Positions 39,488-52,981 of a stretch of 64,000 nucleotides of DNA are shown here, one piece after another. The stretch is from Moniliella sp. 'wahieum' (lineage: Eukaryota). The DNA lies in NCBI GenBank assembly GCA_003971905.1, contig RSEE01000014.1, positions 434,001 through 498,000 of the forward strand, read 5' to 3'. The position numbers and the translations under genes are program-made. Numbering within the stretch: the stretch's first letter is position 1; each line of letters begins with the position of its first letter. The notes beneath the pieces were generated by a model. It had not been told where the DNA came from and did no database searches. It saw nothing but the letters and a program-made list of their open reading frames with translations.

Positions 39488-42400
39488 ATGGCCCCGGGTG
39501 CACGCAGCTTCCGTCCTGGGCCCGATGGCGCCATCCAGGTCCGCACTGTCGGCGCTCGCCGCGGTGGGGGCAGGGGCGGAGGTGCGCCAGGCCGCGGGCG
39601 TGGGCGTGGGCGTGGTGGCGGCGCGTCTCCCGCAACCGCCGCCGGCACTCCCACTGTCTGGCCTAATGTGCCTGCGCCTGTGATTGACCCTGACCAGGAG
39701 GCTCCAACGCTGCCCCAGCTACACCAGTGGTGGCTCCATCATCTTCAAGCTCGAGCTGACGGGTCCTACAATACCTTTGGCCACTCGTCCAGCTACGGTA
39801 GGGCCAAGTCCACCCTGCAGAACCACGTCAAGGTGTGGAAAAACACGTCGACTATGATCGCATCCTCGCCACCCCTGACGCGTGTGGCGCCAAGATGAAG
39901 AATGTCCCAGATGGTTAGGCCCACTTCATGCTGAACAGCTCATCCCCTTAGTAATTTTGGCGAAAAGACTGTGGGCGAAATGGAAGCGGTTACCAGCGAG
40001 TGGTATATCTCCAACGACTGGGACCCGCCCCCTTCCTCGGGCTTGGCAAAGTCTGCCACACGTGGATCTTATTCAGGGCGAAAGCGAGTCATTGAACAGC
40101 CTCTAGACCCGAACTCCTCCCCACCTCAGCAACCTCCCCGCCAGGGTAGCTCCCCTCACGCTGCCGCGGGCAAAAAGCGCAAATCCCAACATACCGAAAT
40201 CGAGGACGCGGCCCAGGACCTAGGCAAGGAATCGACCCGAAAGAAGCGCAAGTCGAAAAAAGCTTACATCCCAACGCTTGGTTCCGGGGGGTACGGGATT
40301 ATGCTTGCTCTTTGGTCTCACACGGCTGACGCTGAGCGCTTCGGCACGGTCGCGTTGGTGGGCGAGGGTGCTGGTGCTGCCCTCCTCAACGATGATGATG
40401 AGACGGACGAAGAAATGGAGAAGGAGATGAGGTGATGCTTACCAAGAATGAGATCATTGCTGATGGTCAACGTTGGTGCACAACCGACTATGTGCTGGGC
40501 ACGGGTGTCGCAGGCGATGCTGAGGTCGCTGGCCGCATGGGCCGGAGGAACGGTCGAGTTGCTTTGGCCAATGGGGGGCAGTTCACTTTCACTCCTTGGA
40601 ATAACATTAACACCCTCAAAGAGCACGAGTATGTGTACGAGATCCGGTCTCGACCTGCCAAATATTGTCTCACCGCCGAGGGCATGGTTGTCGCCCGCGC
40701 TTTGGCCCAGCATGCCAAACTGCGGAGGATTAACGAGCGCAAGCAGTCGGAGGCGGAAGAGGCAGCCCAGCGAGCAGCCCAAGAGAAGGAGGCTGCCAAG
40801 GAGGCTGCCAAGGAGGCTGCCAAGGAGGCCGCTAAGCGAGAACGTCTTGCCAACCGGAAAGGTCCAACTGGGCGAAAGGAAAAGGGTATGAGGCCAATTG
40901 GGGACATCAACGATTCTTCCTCAGACGACGGTCTGGCGTTAGAACCCCCACTACACTGAGCCTGGCCCAGCACCGACCACGATCATTCTTGCCTGATGAC
41001 GACTCACCCCCTCCACCCCCTCGTCCTGAGCCCAGCTTCCGCCCGACTCGGGCACCTTCTCGATCCCACTTGTCCTCTTCCCCCCCTGTAACCCCCGCTG
41101 CTCCCCATGAAGCAGTAAGGCCAGCATTGGTTGCACACCCCAGGTAGGGTGGAAGCTGCAACTACCCCGTTTCCCTATACCTATCTCTCTCGCACCGGTG
41201 CCGAAACGTTGGAGAGGGCGGGGGCGCTTACGCGTCTGCGTGATTCCGACTACACCCCCATCTTTTTGATTCGCTTCCCTGTAAATCTCAAGGCTCAACT
41301 CGTTTCCTCTGGTGTCATCGAGGCGCCACACGTTGACCCTTCCTCTCCTGACTTTGTACGGGCTTGGATCACTCGCGACTCATCCCTCCCTGTCGCCTCT
41401 GGATTGGAAGGGTGCCCTCGTCGCGCCCCCGCACCTTTTGCCTCTGCCACCATCGACCTCCTCTCCGACTCGGATGAGGAGCCTTCCCCTCCTCCCCAAT
41501 TGGCGGTGACCAGGAAACCACCGTCTACCGCGTCTGCCTGCCAGGCAGGAGCGAGTCAGATCTCAGGCAGCAACGGCAATGCCACCGCACCTGGACGCGC
41601 ATCAAAAGCGACTCTTGTTCTTCCGCCCCAACTCAGGCGTGCGCCACCAACGAATGTTACTATTGAGCTAGACGACTCGGATGAATCAGACGAGTCGCGT
41701 ATTCTGCAAGGTGCATCCGCTGTACCCGCGCGGCCGGCACCCCGCACTTTTGGATCAACCTTTCGTCTTGTCTCTCCTCCTTCTGGGAGCAGCAGGGGTC
41801 CCACAGTCGAACCCGAAGATTTCCCTCCTGTCGAATCTGGCAGGCGCGACTCGCAATCCCAAGCACTTACCATTGGGGCTGGGGAGGCTTCTCAGTCGCA
41901 GTTGCAGTCGCAATCCCAGTCCCAGCGCCCTAAGGGACTAAACTTGTTACGGGGCCCATACCCGGGACGAAATGACGATTCCCAAGGTACCACCTTACCG
42001 ACGGAAACACAAGCCACAACACTCCCCCCCGCGTCAGAAGATGGTGGGAGCACGAAGCGTCGCCAGCAGGCCTCTCGTGCCCCTCGAAAGCGTGCACGGT
42101 TATCCAACATTGTCCCCCCGCCCGCAATCGGGATGAGCTGGCACAACGCGCTGGTGCCTCGAGGGGAAGCAGCGTTGGCTGACCAGGGTGGTTCTAGTCG
42201 CACGCGGACCGACTGTGCTCCTGTCGAAGGGGGTGGTCCACAAGCCTACCGCCCACCCGAGTTTGAGCCAATCATATGGCCCAAAGGCTCATTTGATGTG
42301 TTCTTGGTCATGGACCATCGCGAGGTACTGGTCAAAGGCGCCAGTGCGGACCAGGCCCGTGCTGCCGGTGGGCCAACTGACTTTGAAACGGCGTTGCGGG

Positions 42401-43344
42401 AACGGCATGGCGTGGCCACGCTCAGCCGTGCCCTGAGCCTGGGGGATGCGCTGTGGGTAGCTCGGGACAAGAAAGACCCTTCGAGGGAGGTGGTTCTGGA
42501 CTTTATTTGTGAGCGGAAACGCATGTCCGACCTTCATATCTCTCTCGCGATGGCCGGTACGAAGAGCAGAAGTTCCGCCTCGCCCAAACGGGGCTATCAC
42601 ATGTTCTGTATGTGGTGGAGGGATCAGTGGCCCAACTGTACGGTGCCAATGCCCCTGCCGCTGCAAGCGGAAGAAACGTAGCCTCGAGTCAGTCCAGTCG
42701 TCAGGCTCTGATGACTGCTGAATCCGAGCTCCAGCTGCTGGATGGGTACTTTGTTGAACACACGCCCGATCCTGCACGGTCAATCGAGTACTATGCGCGG
42801 ATGCACAATGTCATTACAGACTTGGTGGCGGTACGTGCGCTTGTTGTTATTGTTTGTGGACGGAGCTGACGAGAAGCGGGAGCAGAATACGGATCTGCAT
42901 GAGCTTCCATCGGAAGTGATCAGCCGATCCTCCTACCTTTCTTTGCAAACCTATCTCCGCCAACGGGAGCCGGACCGGGTGTACCTTACATCGTACAAGG
43001 ACCATGTGCGGCTGAATGGCAAGTCGGCCAATAAGTGTGTACGGGATGTGTGGACGCAGATGCTGCTTTGTGTCCGTGGCATCTCTGCCGAGAAGGCGGC
43101 CGAGATGCTGGATCACTATCCGACCCCGCACGCGCTTTGGCATCGCCTCCGCCAAGAGCAAGAGCAAGAGCAAGGCGCAGACGAGCGGACGGGGCGGGAG
43201 GCAGGGAAGGCGCGACGTGCACCATCTGAAGCGGCGGCCCGAGGCCGTACCTTCCTCCAGCGCACCATCCAGCCACCCGAGCGCGCGCAGGCGGCTGGGG
43301 AGGGGCTGTCGGCCAGGATGTGGGACCTGTTCATGGAGGAGTGA
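39488..43344 (+). CDS. MUS81: Crossover junction endonuclease MUS81 (intron 42831-42885; frameshifted)
   Basis: KKAYIPTLGSGGYGIMLAL winged helix; FDVFLVMDHRE, LSLGDALWVAR, VLDFICERKRMSDL ERCC4 nuclease; MLLCVRGISAEKA..YPTP HhH. Confidence 0.9.
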
Positions 43345-44051
43345 CAAGAGGGGCGGTGACAGTGGAGGATGGATGGATGCTGGTGGCGGATGGAGCAATG
43401 GCAGTGGGCCGCGTAGCGCACATGTGTGATGGATGCTGTGACAGACAGACCGAGTAGGCGCATAGGCCCACCCGAGCCGAGCTTCTCCCGCCAAATAAGG
43501 GGCGAGCTGCGGGCGTCGGAGTTGGGCGAGTCGGACACCGCGGCTTAGCTTCCTGAGTGCATATAGACAGCGGCTATATAAAAGGTGGTCGGTGCCCCCG
43601 CTCTCCTGTTACATGTTACACACGCCCACACCGGCCCCTGCACCGCCCTGCTGGTGCCCACCGCCATCCCCCTGCCCTCCCTCATCCAGCGCCACGCCCA
43701 TGGTGGTGCCTCTGCGCAAGCCTGTGCCCACCAGCCCATATCCTCCCCTTCACCCGACGCCTCGCGCCCCTCCACCCCCCACCGCGTGCGACAGCTCGCA
43801 GCGTTCCGGCCATGGTGAAGCATCCGTTGAGCGCAACCTTCCGTCAGCGCACACCCGGTCCCGCTCGCTACGTCAGCGTCTTTTGATTGGAGCAGAGCAG
43901 GTCTTCCGACGGGCACCGAGCATAGTAACAGCGCCGTCTAACGTCCTTCTCCCCCCCTTTCCGTCCCCCCTCCTTTCGCCCTCTCCCTCCTCTGCTCAGC
44001 CCCCGCTTCCCGGTGGGCACGACAGAGGACACCCCACGGCGCACCCCAGAA

Positions 44052-46163
44052 ATGGACCCAGCAAAGGTGTCCTCTTTACCTTCCTTCCCTCACTCCGCCA
44101 GTGTTAATCCTATGCATGATGGGCAGATGCCGCACGGGCAAGCCATACAAGTTCCGCCACCGGCACCTTCCTCCCTTCACCGCAGCAGTGGCATCGTATA
44201 TGCCAGTGTCTCTGCTCTTGGAGATCATCATCCTGATGATGAGCTTGAGGGAAGACCCCGGGAACAGAATCGGTCTCAGGGTCTGTATGACCGCTCTAAC
44301 TGCGGCGACGGTGAAAGCGAACATATAGGAGTCCATGATCCCATTCCGGAAGACATTCCCACCCCCCCTGATTCGTTTTTGCGCCCATCTTCCCGCGCTA
44401 GTATTTCGGACAATTCTTCGTTCTCTCCCTTAGTACCATTGTACAATCCAAGATCCGTTGAAGAACCCGTGCTCGCGACCTGCTCCCATCTACAACTAAT
44501 GCCGAGCAAGGGTCTATGGTTTCATCGTCGGAGCTGGATCAAAGCCTTCTCGATTCTCTTCTCAACCACTATCCCCCTCTCATGCTTCCTCTTCCACGCC
44601 TGGGGCACTAGTAGACCGGGGGTTGGATACTCTGAGCTCTGCAGGCTTACCTCGCGAGCCACCGCCTAACACAACCTTCCATCCCCACGGCACCCATCCT
44701 TTGACGCTGGTGTGGCACCACACAATCCTCCACCCTCACATTCTCCGGTTGTTCCTGGCATGGGGGAGATGTCACCTCCCGGCACCCTCTCCCAGGGAGA
44801 CGGTCTGGTCGTCGGCCCAAGCATACTGTGGCCCGTCGGCGGGCAGTCCAGCTACCCCCAAATCATTTGCTCCGGCAGATCCCTTTATGGCTGCCAGACC
44901 GCCTTCCTGGGCTGAAGCGGAACCGAGCGTTATGTCCACTGGCCCACTCTCTCCCTTCGAGCAAAGGGAGGCAGCAACAGCAACAGCCTCCAACAGTCGA
45001 TACACATCATTCCCAGGCAGCCGTCCCACGCCAGCCACAATCAGGAAGAGAGGCGCAGATCGGCGGCTGATGAGTACGTTGCGCCCGCGACCCCTCCCCG
45101 CTCCCTTTTAAGCGCCAGCCCCCGGTGAAGGCAGACGATACCGAGGAGTTGGCAGCGCAGATTGCGCATTCCCAAGCCGTGGCCTATTTTGCGGAGCGAG
45201 GATGGAGCTGGTCTCCGTCTGTGTCCGCCGAACTGCCTCACGTTCCCGATGAAGCACGCGCAGGTCGTCCTCGCCTTGCCAGGATGTCACTCAAGAAGCG
45301 CATGCCGTCGATAAAGACCATGGTCACCCGGGGCTGCCCCACCCACCGGTCCGCAATTCATCTATTGTCGGTCTTGAGGCGGCACCCAAGGTTGAAGACC
45401 AGCATCAAGGCACCACAGTCGTTGAAGTTGACGATCCAAATCATGGGGTAGCGTTGACAACGGTCGCGCCCATTTCGTCGCTCCGTATCGTCTACACTCA
45501 TTCGTTCCGTGTCGCTGGGGCGCTACAGGCGCCACTCCAGATCAAGAAGCATGGGTGATGAACTTTCCCGGACCCAAGCAGCCTCTCGCTCTGACCGTCC
45601 TGCCAGCTCTTCGTTGGTCCCAGGAGAGGTCCGGCCTAAGCATGCGTCGGCCGTAGAAAAACAGCAAGAGCTCCCAGAGCCCAAGCAGGCCAACACAACT
45701 CTCTTGCATCTGCGCAGAAACATGCCATCCTCCTGGGCACGGCGGACCATGCTCGGTCCAAGGTCGAAGGGCGGACAAGTCCCACCACACCGACGAACAC
45801 CGAGCCTGGTCTCCCACCCGTCTCTCTACCGAAATACGTATTAGGCATGATCCCGTTCCCCACCTCTCATCACTCTCCGCATCAGTCGGCCCCCAGCAAG
45901 TTTACTCTATGCCCTTCTCCCATCCTCTGCACGTTTCCTCTGGTGATCCGCATGCCTCCGCTCCTCCGGAGGGCGTGACAACGGGACAGGTGCACAACAA
46001 AGACGAGGCTACTCTGGACCGGAGCAAAGCGAAAGAAACTACGTTTCCCTCCGAGGTCCGGGAAAGAGCTACCAAACCCTCATCTCCCTCTCGTCCCGCT
46101 TTCCCTTGGTCGCGACTGCGACTTCGCCTGTCGAGCCGCCGGGGGAGTAACGGAGAGGCATAG
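44052..46163 (+). CDS. Hypothetical protein with possible membrane segments and disordered tail; fragmented
   Basis: Chain of plus-strand ORFs from MDPAKVSSLP; hydrophobic WIKAFSILFSTTIPLSCFLFHAW; no family recognised. Confidence 0.45.
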
Positions 46164-46350
46164 ATTCCGCCCCCCCCTCGCCGTTGCTCCTCATGTTCAT
46201 GCACCTACCCCCTCCTCTCGCTAGCGGTGCAGCCAGCATAAAGGCGATTCAGGATCCAGCAATGTGGGTTCAGATGGAACTGTCCATTTTGGGGAGTTGG
46301 GGGTGTGGAGCGGGCAAACCTGTGATGGCAGAAGAGGGGCTGCCAGCCCC

Positions 46351-46815
46351 TCAGCCAAGGAAGTTGATGACAAAGAAGTGAAGGATGACCGAGGCAAAGA
46401 CAAAGTCACCAAAGGCACTATGCAACACCCCCCGTATGTTAGCTTCCATCGATCATAGTCATATAGGTGGGGACATACCGCTCAGGAGAGATGGTGTGGT
46501 AAGTGTCTTGGTTGGCGGGGTTGGCCTGCATCCGCAGCGAGGCCGCCAGCACGAACTGTCCCACCGTCGCAGAGAAGCCGGCGAGGAAGGAGTGAAGGGG
46601 AAGTTGGTGATGGCCACTGCATACGCGAACTGCAGTGCGCCCGAGAGCATAAGGAAGACGAGGAAGCTGTCGACGAGCTTGAGTTTGCGCGGAGTGTTCT
46701 GGTGGTACGAGGTGAGGAGCGTGGCGAGCGGGTTGCTGGTGGCCTTGGAGGACGCGGGCGCAGGCGGGCGCAGGGGCGCGCTGGCCGCAGCAGCGGAGCG
46801 GGAACGAGGAGCCAT
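46351..46815 (-). CDS. OST2: Oligosaccharyltransferase subunit OST2/DAD1 (intron 46418-46478)
   Basis: YHQNTPRKLKLVDSFLVFLMLSGALQFAY..NFPF, VGQFVLAASLRMQ, ISPER/AFGDFVFASVILHFFVINFLG*. Confidence 0.93.
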
Positions 46816-48596
46816 GGGACTGGAGGGTGGTGGTTGCGGGAGGCGGAGACGGGGGCGGAAAGGCTGGGTTGGGTCGCGGGAGGCGATGCCCCGCGAAGGC
46901 TCTGCGCCACGTGGAGCCTCGGTAGGCGTGGCCAGCTAGTCAGATCGGGACTGCAGTGTTCGCGAGTCACGTGCCAAGCGTCCTATCCCCGCACGTGACG
47001 CCTGACGCCCCTGGCGCGGCTCCCTCCTCCCGCCCGTACGGCCGCTTTCCTGTTTGGCGGCTACTGTGGGTTGGTGTACGACCACTGGGATTACAGACCG
47101 ATGCACGAACGCTTGCTCCCCACCTTCAAGGTATAGCAGCTTCACGGTAGCACGCTATGGCTCTGCCTCCACCCTTTACCAGCACCTACCTCCATCATGC
47201 ATCATGAATCATTGCATCCTGATGGAGGTGGCACCGACCTGCATCTGTGCCGGGCACGCCGCGCTTGGAAGAGAAGTAACCCTAAGCCTAGACCAGCCAA
47301 CTGTTTCGAGAGAGTTTGCCATTTCGGGCTCCAGCTCCAGCTCAGCGCGAGCTCCATGGAGTATGTATAGTATACAGACTGCTTATGGCGGCTACGCGTT
47401 GCGAAAGGCCGACCCACTGCGGATGTGGCGAGAGCGCGGTGAAGAACATGCACACCGCCGCCTCGTACCCTCTATGCTGAGGAACAAGTATCACAAAACC
47501 CAAATCATCAACGATGGGGAGCGAGATGGATTGGGCACCCTCCTGCCCCCGGCCGCGACGACGATGAAGTCAACAGAAGGGGTCTTCTTTTTTATTGCGG
47601 TCTGAGATCTGACGTAAGAGATGTTTCCTTGATACTACAAGTCTTTCCTCGGCGCGCCTCAAGCCATCATACTGCGCGTTCTCAGCAGGAACAGCGCTGT
47701 CAGCCGCTCAGCGCAGCGAGCACTGGGTCTGCCAGCCATATCAACGAACACATGTGAAGGTGAGGAGAGGGAAGAATGAGAAAGCAGACAAAACGGTATA
47801 AAAGGAGGAATGAATTCGAGATCGCGTTTTCCTTCTCCCCCATCAACATATTTTTGCAGCTCCTTCAGGCTATCGTGGAGAGGTGGAGCCCGTCCCGCAG
47901 TTGGCTCAATCCCGGCTGTCGATACCATTCAACGTCTGTTCCAACCAACCACGCGCTTCCAAATACAAGGTAAGCCCAATATCCTTTCTGTTTCTTATGA
48001 TGCGCTTTAAATAGCCTGTTCCCTCGAGAAGCCTTGATATACACATCGCAACGTGTGCAAGGCATCAAAGGCCGACAACTATTTTTATTCAGAGCCTGAT
48101 CCACTTCCTCTGCTGCAACATTCGTGATGGTGGCGAGCACGGCCACTGACATTGACTCTGTTTTCTTAAGATGCCGTACTCTCCAACCCTTCATGACATT
48201 GGCAGCCCGATTTGACATGTGGCTTCAAACTCCAACTCACTCTCCATCAAGTCTCATATACCTCGATGAGTAGGGATACTTTTTACGATATGGAAACCAC
48301 GCACATGTACCCAGTATACCTACTTCCTCTGTGTCAAGTCCTTGAGGACATAAGTCGACCTTATGTTCCGTTGAGAATCCGTCCTTATGCATATGCCCAC
48401 AATCTCGAATGGAAGTGTTGACTTAATAGCTTGAGATATCGATCGCATCGTTTATCCAATGGGTTTGAGAGAATAATAACGGCAATATTGAGTTGGAAGT
48501 GTAGCAAGTAGAATCCCAAAGGGTGTTTAGACCGGACTGTAGGCCAAGTAATAGACAATATGTGACTGTCAACAGATCACCAGTGGTACATTGTAA

Positions 48597-48680
48597 GCCT
48601 CGCTATTCAATCGGTAAGAATTTGAGACTCTTATTAAGAGGTCCATCTCACGGTTGTGGGTTCGAGTCCCACGTGGGGCG
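48597..48680 (+). tRNA. tRNA-Lys(CTT) with 11-nt intron (48634-48644)
   Basis: GCCTCGC/GTGGGGC acceptor stem, TGAGA-CTCTTA..A-TCTCA anticodon arm, GTGGGTTCGAGTCCCAC T arm, T-rich terminator. Confidence 0.9.
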
Positions 48681-49151
48681 TTTCTTTTGGTCGAGCTTAA
48701 TCTTGGAGCTTGGGGCCCATTCTAATGCGCTGTGATGTGAATATGGAATGCTCAGTGGCCCGGTGGCCTGATTCCAGACTACTGGAGGGAAGCGCTCAAC
48801 GCGATAATCGATAATCGATAACCTGGAGCTAAAGGATGTTCCTGTCGATCTGTTGCTACATGCTGTTCCTTCGCCCGGATGCCCTGCCGCTTGCAGGACT
48901 CGACTCGCCGGCCGGCTGGGATGCGAAAGTGGGCAGATTGACATGCACAGTGATTGTTCCGCCCCGTGCGGAAGAGGTTAATGAATTATTTCTAAGCTGT
49001 CCCCCATGGTGCATGGGGGCAGTGCACGGCAAATGCTGGTGCCGGGCGGCAGTAGGGTTTGGTCTCCACCAGTGCGTTAGGGCCTGTAGGGCGTGGGCTC
49101 ATCGACTGCTACCTCCCACACCACCCTCTTCGCTTCCTTCGTCCGTCCGCC

Positions 49152-49655
49152 ATGCTCTCCGGTGTCGTCCGCTCTGCCGTCGTTGCGCGTGCTGCCACCC
49201 GTGCTGCCCTCCCGCCGCCCGCCGTCCTGCGACCTGTGCGTACTTTTCTGGCCTCATTCCCCTTGCTCTCTCTCCTGGCCGCCCCCCCTGACCCTCCCTT
49301 CTTTCCAGTGTTCGTGCGCAACTACTCGGCTCACCACGAGGAGGAGACGTACGAGGAGTTCACTGCCCGCTACGTCAAGTTCTTCAGTGAGGCCGAAGAC
49401 CTGTTTGAGGTCCAGCGTGGCTTCAACAACTCCTTCTCCTACGACCTCGTTCCCTCTCCCGAAGTTGCTGAGGCCATCATCCGTGCCGCGCGCAGGGTCA
49501 ACGACTACCCTACTGCGGTTCGTGTCTTCGAGGCACTCAAGGCTAAGGTGGAGAACAAGGAGCAATACCAGCAGTACCTTGACGTCCTGGAGCCTGTGCG
49601 TAAGGAGCTTGGCGTTACTCTCAAGGAGGAGCTCTACCCTGATCCTTCCAAGTAA
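49152..49655 (+). CDS. COX6: Cytochrome c oxidase subunit Va (yeast Cox6); probable intron about 49236-49308
   Basis: Mitochondrial presequence; EETYEEFTARY..DLFEVQRGFNNSFSYDLVPSPEV..RAARRVNDYPTAVRVFE..KVEN. Confidence 0.93.
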   Translation: MLSGVVRSAVVARAATRAALPPPAVLRPVRTFLASFPLLSLLAAPPDPPFFPVFVRNYSAHHEEETYEEFTARYVKFFSEAEDLFEVQRGFNNSFSYDLVPSPEVAEAIIRAARRVNDYPTAVRVFEALKAKVENKEQYQQYLDVLEPVRKELGVTLKEELYPDPSK

Positions 49656-50224
49656 ATTTCTTCATCTCAATGTTCCCGCCTCTTGCGTTTCAGTTGAGCA
49701 ACCAAGAAATACCAGGCATACAATTGCAATCATCCATCTCAACAGCGTACTCTCTGTGTGTACGACCGATGCAGGGGACCAGCAGGGCCATGTAGGAACT
49801 AGAAGTAGACCCAGTCGAAGTTCAAGTGCTATGTTCACACCTTGTACCAGCATACAACTTGTAGGCCCTGCGGCCAAAACTGGGCTGACCAACTACAGAT
49901 GAGATGATCGATGATTGCCAAAACATTGCGTTAATCGAGCTTTTGGAGGGAGCAGCCAGGTGCAGCAGACATAATATGGTTGTCCGTATTATAAGTTGGT
50001 ATAGGCTCCGCCGGGATTATAAAGATGGTTGGACAGGGACAAAAACTTAGGCGGCCGCCCTCATCCGGCCCCAAGGAACGCCCGCCTTCATGCCCGACGA
50101 TCATTCGCTACTACTCCACCCTGGTTGCTCCTTCTGGATACTCGTCCCGTCACGGACAAGTATGCCTATCCTCTCTGGCTGAGTTGCTTTCGGGTTACGC
50201 ATTGCGGCGCGCTGACGGCTCAAA

Positions 50225-52585
50225 CTATAGAGCGCTCGATGCGCCTCTCATCTGGTATTCTCTTGCTTCACTAGGAACGAAATATCTGAATTGCTGACGC
50301 TTAGCGGGTCGAGATGACGGCCACGTCCCAGCTTGCACCTGGTGCGACACCGGGTCTGGTGCAAAGAGATCAAGAACGGGCAGCAGGACAGCACGAGGAT
50401 CCATCATGGACTGCACTTTTTCCCAGTCGGTCCGTGTTGGGACAAGCACACGCACTTCGCTCCACTTCTCATCGGAGGTAAGGCGTGCCAGGCTTGTGGG
50501 CGAGCTAAGGCGCACCAACTCCATACGATAATGAGAGACAGTGTGGCCACCATAAGTGCCCCGCACATCGTGCCATGCGTATCCGTCTTCCACCCCGGTT
50601 GACACATCAGCCTGGACCTTGGGAGGCTCATCGTCATCACTTTCATCCGGGTGGGCAGCCCTACTGGCGGCTTGGACACTTCCACAGGGCAGGGTTGGGC
50701 ACGCCTGTATGAGCGAGCACCTGCCATTCGATCCGGGCATTTCGAGGGAGCGCCGTTGATGGAAGGACTGCGTAGAGGATGGGAGGCGATAGATCCCCGC
50801 TTTGAGTTTGTCCCATCCAAGAGGCATGCCAAGCATCTGCAGCTACTTGCTCTGGATCGGGCTCCTCTTCATCCGATGTGGTGGCCATGTGACCCCAGAT
50901 TTGTGCCGCCTCGGCCAAGGCGCGGGCCGAAGCATACTCATTTTGAGGCAAGACGACGTAAGTGCGTCCTCCGAAAGGCGAGTCTGGGAAACAGGCTCGC
51001 CCTCCTGGTCGGTGATCCAAGCAATGCCGCCCTGCACAAGTGTTGGTTCCCACCTCCGGTGGGCTAAGGGGGGCAGCCGTCAAGTCAACTAGGGCGGCGC
51101 GCAGGATGCGACGCACATGTTGCAGTGCCAACACAGCTTGCCCCCGCCCCAGTGGGCACGACCATGGTTGCGGGCACCAAGGCAATTTGCCCAGCAATCG
51201 AAACTGCACCCGAGGCCGATACCACGGCCTGGGCGTACGGGCCGATGTTGGCTGGGGCCCAGTAGGAGCGGGACTGGACATGCAAGGCAGAGCGAGCATG
51301 TCGGTGGTCCTTTTTGCTTCCTCCATCGACTCGGCCGTTAATGTCATCATAAGCCCTGCCTCGGTTGTGGAGGACGACGACGGGAGGGCAATGCACGCCC
51401 GTGATGCCGGAGCAACGCCAAATGTTTCCATACTCAGCGTTGAGGGATGCAAAATGGCTTTGGGACGAAAGGTAGACATTGACATGGTCAATTGCAATGA
51501 TCTCCTTCGACTTCCCATCATCGGGGGATTGAGGGGGGATGCGACCATGGTTAGACCATGTTGGTGCAGAGCAGTCATGACTTGCTGAAAGGCGGCTTGG
51601 GCGGCTTGTGCCATGTCGTCCGCGTGACGGCTAACCACTGTGATGGTGCAGCAGCCCTCGTCCAGAGTCATCCTTGGCTCAGATGAGGTGGAGGACCAGA
51701 AGCATATGAGCGAAGGGTAATGTGGGGGAGGGGTAAGAAGCTGGGAGGGAGCACAGAGACACTGCTGCTCAATTGGTCAAGGAGCGCAGGGCGCGGGATC
51801 GTCCCTTCTCCAAGCACTTTCCGTGCCATCGCAGCCTGCGAGGCATCTTTAGGTGCCAAGTAAGCCTCTCGCGCCGCGAGATAAGCCACATCGGCAATTC
51901 CTCCTGTATCCGTGTGCATGACGACCTTCGTTTCGCCTGGACTCTGCCTTTGATGTGCAATGGCGAATCAAGCGTCAAAGTCTCATACTCTCCCCCCTCT
52001 CCGGCAACGTGGGCACCGTACTGGCGTGGAGCATACCCCGTTTAGGTCGGAGCATCCCCAGTGACTTGCCCAGGTCGCGCACACCCAGACCAGCACCAGC
52101 GACCTTATCAAGACAGCGTCCAACCCGCGGCCACCATCTCGTTTACCAGTGTCGCTTGCGGCCGCTTCCACAGATACGCCAACACAGACAGTTCAACCTT
52201 GAACAACGTGTTCTACGCGCACCCCGTTGGTAATTGGACTCTATCGCCCCCACACTCACTGCATCGGCATCGGGTGGTGAGCAAGAACTGTGCGGAGCAA
52301 CGCGCCAAATCCTCCGTCTCGTCCCCCTCGTCCCTCCGGCACTATTGAGCACCGGTATCGCGAGCTGTGCCGTCAATATGACCGCGAAATTAGTGGCAGT
52401 CCATAGCGGCAGCAACCACATGGACCGCATCGTGTCCGGCCGTCTGATACTCCACGAGTCCATCTCGCCCGACTGGCCCTCGGGGGAGCAAGGTCGCAAG
52501 GCCACAATTTCGTGTCCAGCAGCAACACAGTGCATCAGGTTGAAGCACGAGTCCTTCCCCCCGACAACAGGCCGATGACCTTCAT
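50225..52585 (-). CDS. DPH6: Diphthine-ammonia ligase with C-terminal RidA/YjgF-like domains; frameshifted; 3' end approximate
   Basis: MKVIGLLSGGKDSCFNLMHCVAAGHEIVAL, VSVGAIESNYQR, ALHVQSRSYWAPANIGPYAQA, IAGQIALVPATM, LPRNARIEWQ. Confidence 0.88.
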
Positions 52586-52981
52586 GTTGCTCGAGATGCT
52601 GTGTTGACGTGGATGGAGATGGGTGAGCGGTAGTGGGGGAACCCAAGCGATGACACCCAAGCCGTAGTGGTCGGGCAACGAAATTCCGCAAATAAATGCC
52701 CCCACAATTGAAACTTCAGCAGACATCAGGCTCAAGCGCTGGCCAATCCTTCCTACCGCCGAACCTTGGTCGTCGTTCATCCTCCACGGGTAGCCTTCCA
52801 TCTTTACATGGTGTTCGTACCGGGCCATGGCCAATACAGTTATGGTTCGGACACAGTCGAATAAAAGTAAAGGTAATCTACAGCACGACGTTTATAAACA
52901 CAACAGCCTCAATCTAATATTTGTGTCCGCCCTCTGGGCGTTTTCGCTTAATTGCAGGGGTGGGTTTGTGGACAAAAAATT

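Noticed and set aside
49059..49655. COX6 as a single-exon ORF
   Set aside because: Donor, branch and acceptor signals at 49236-49308 indicate an intron; the continuous frame probably reflects a missing base
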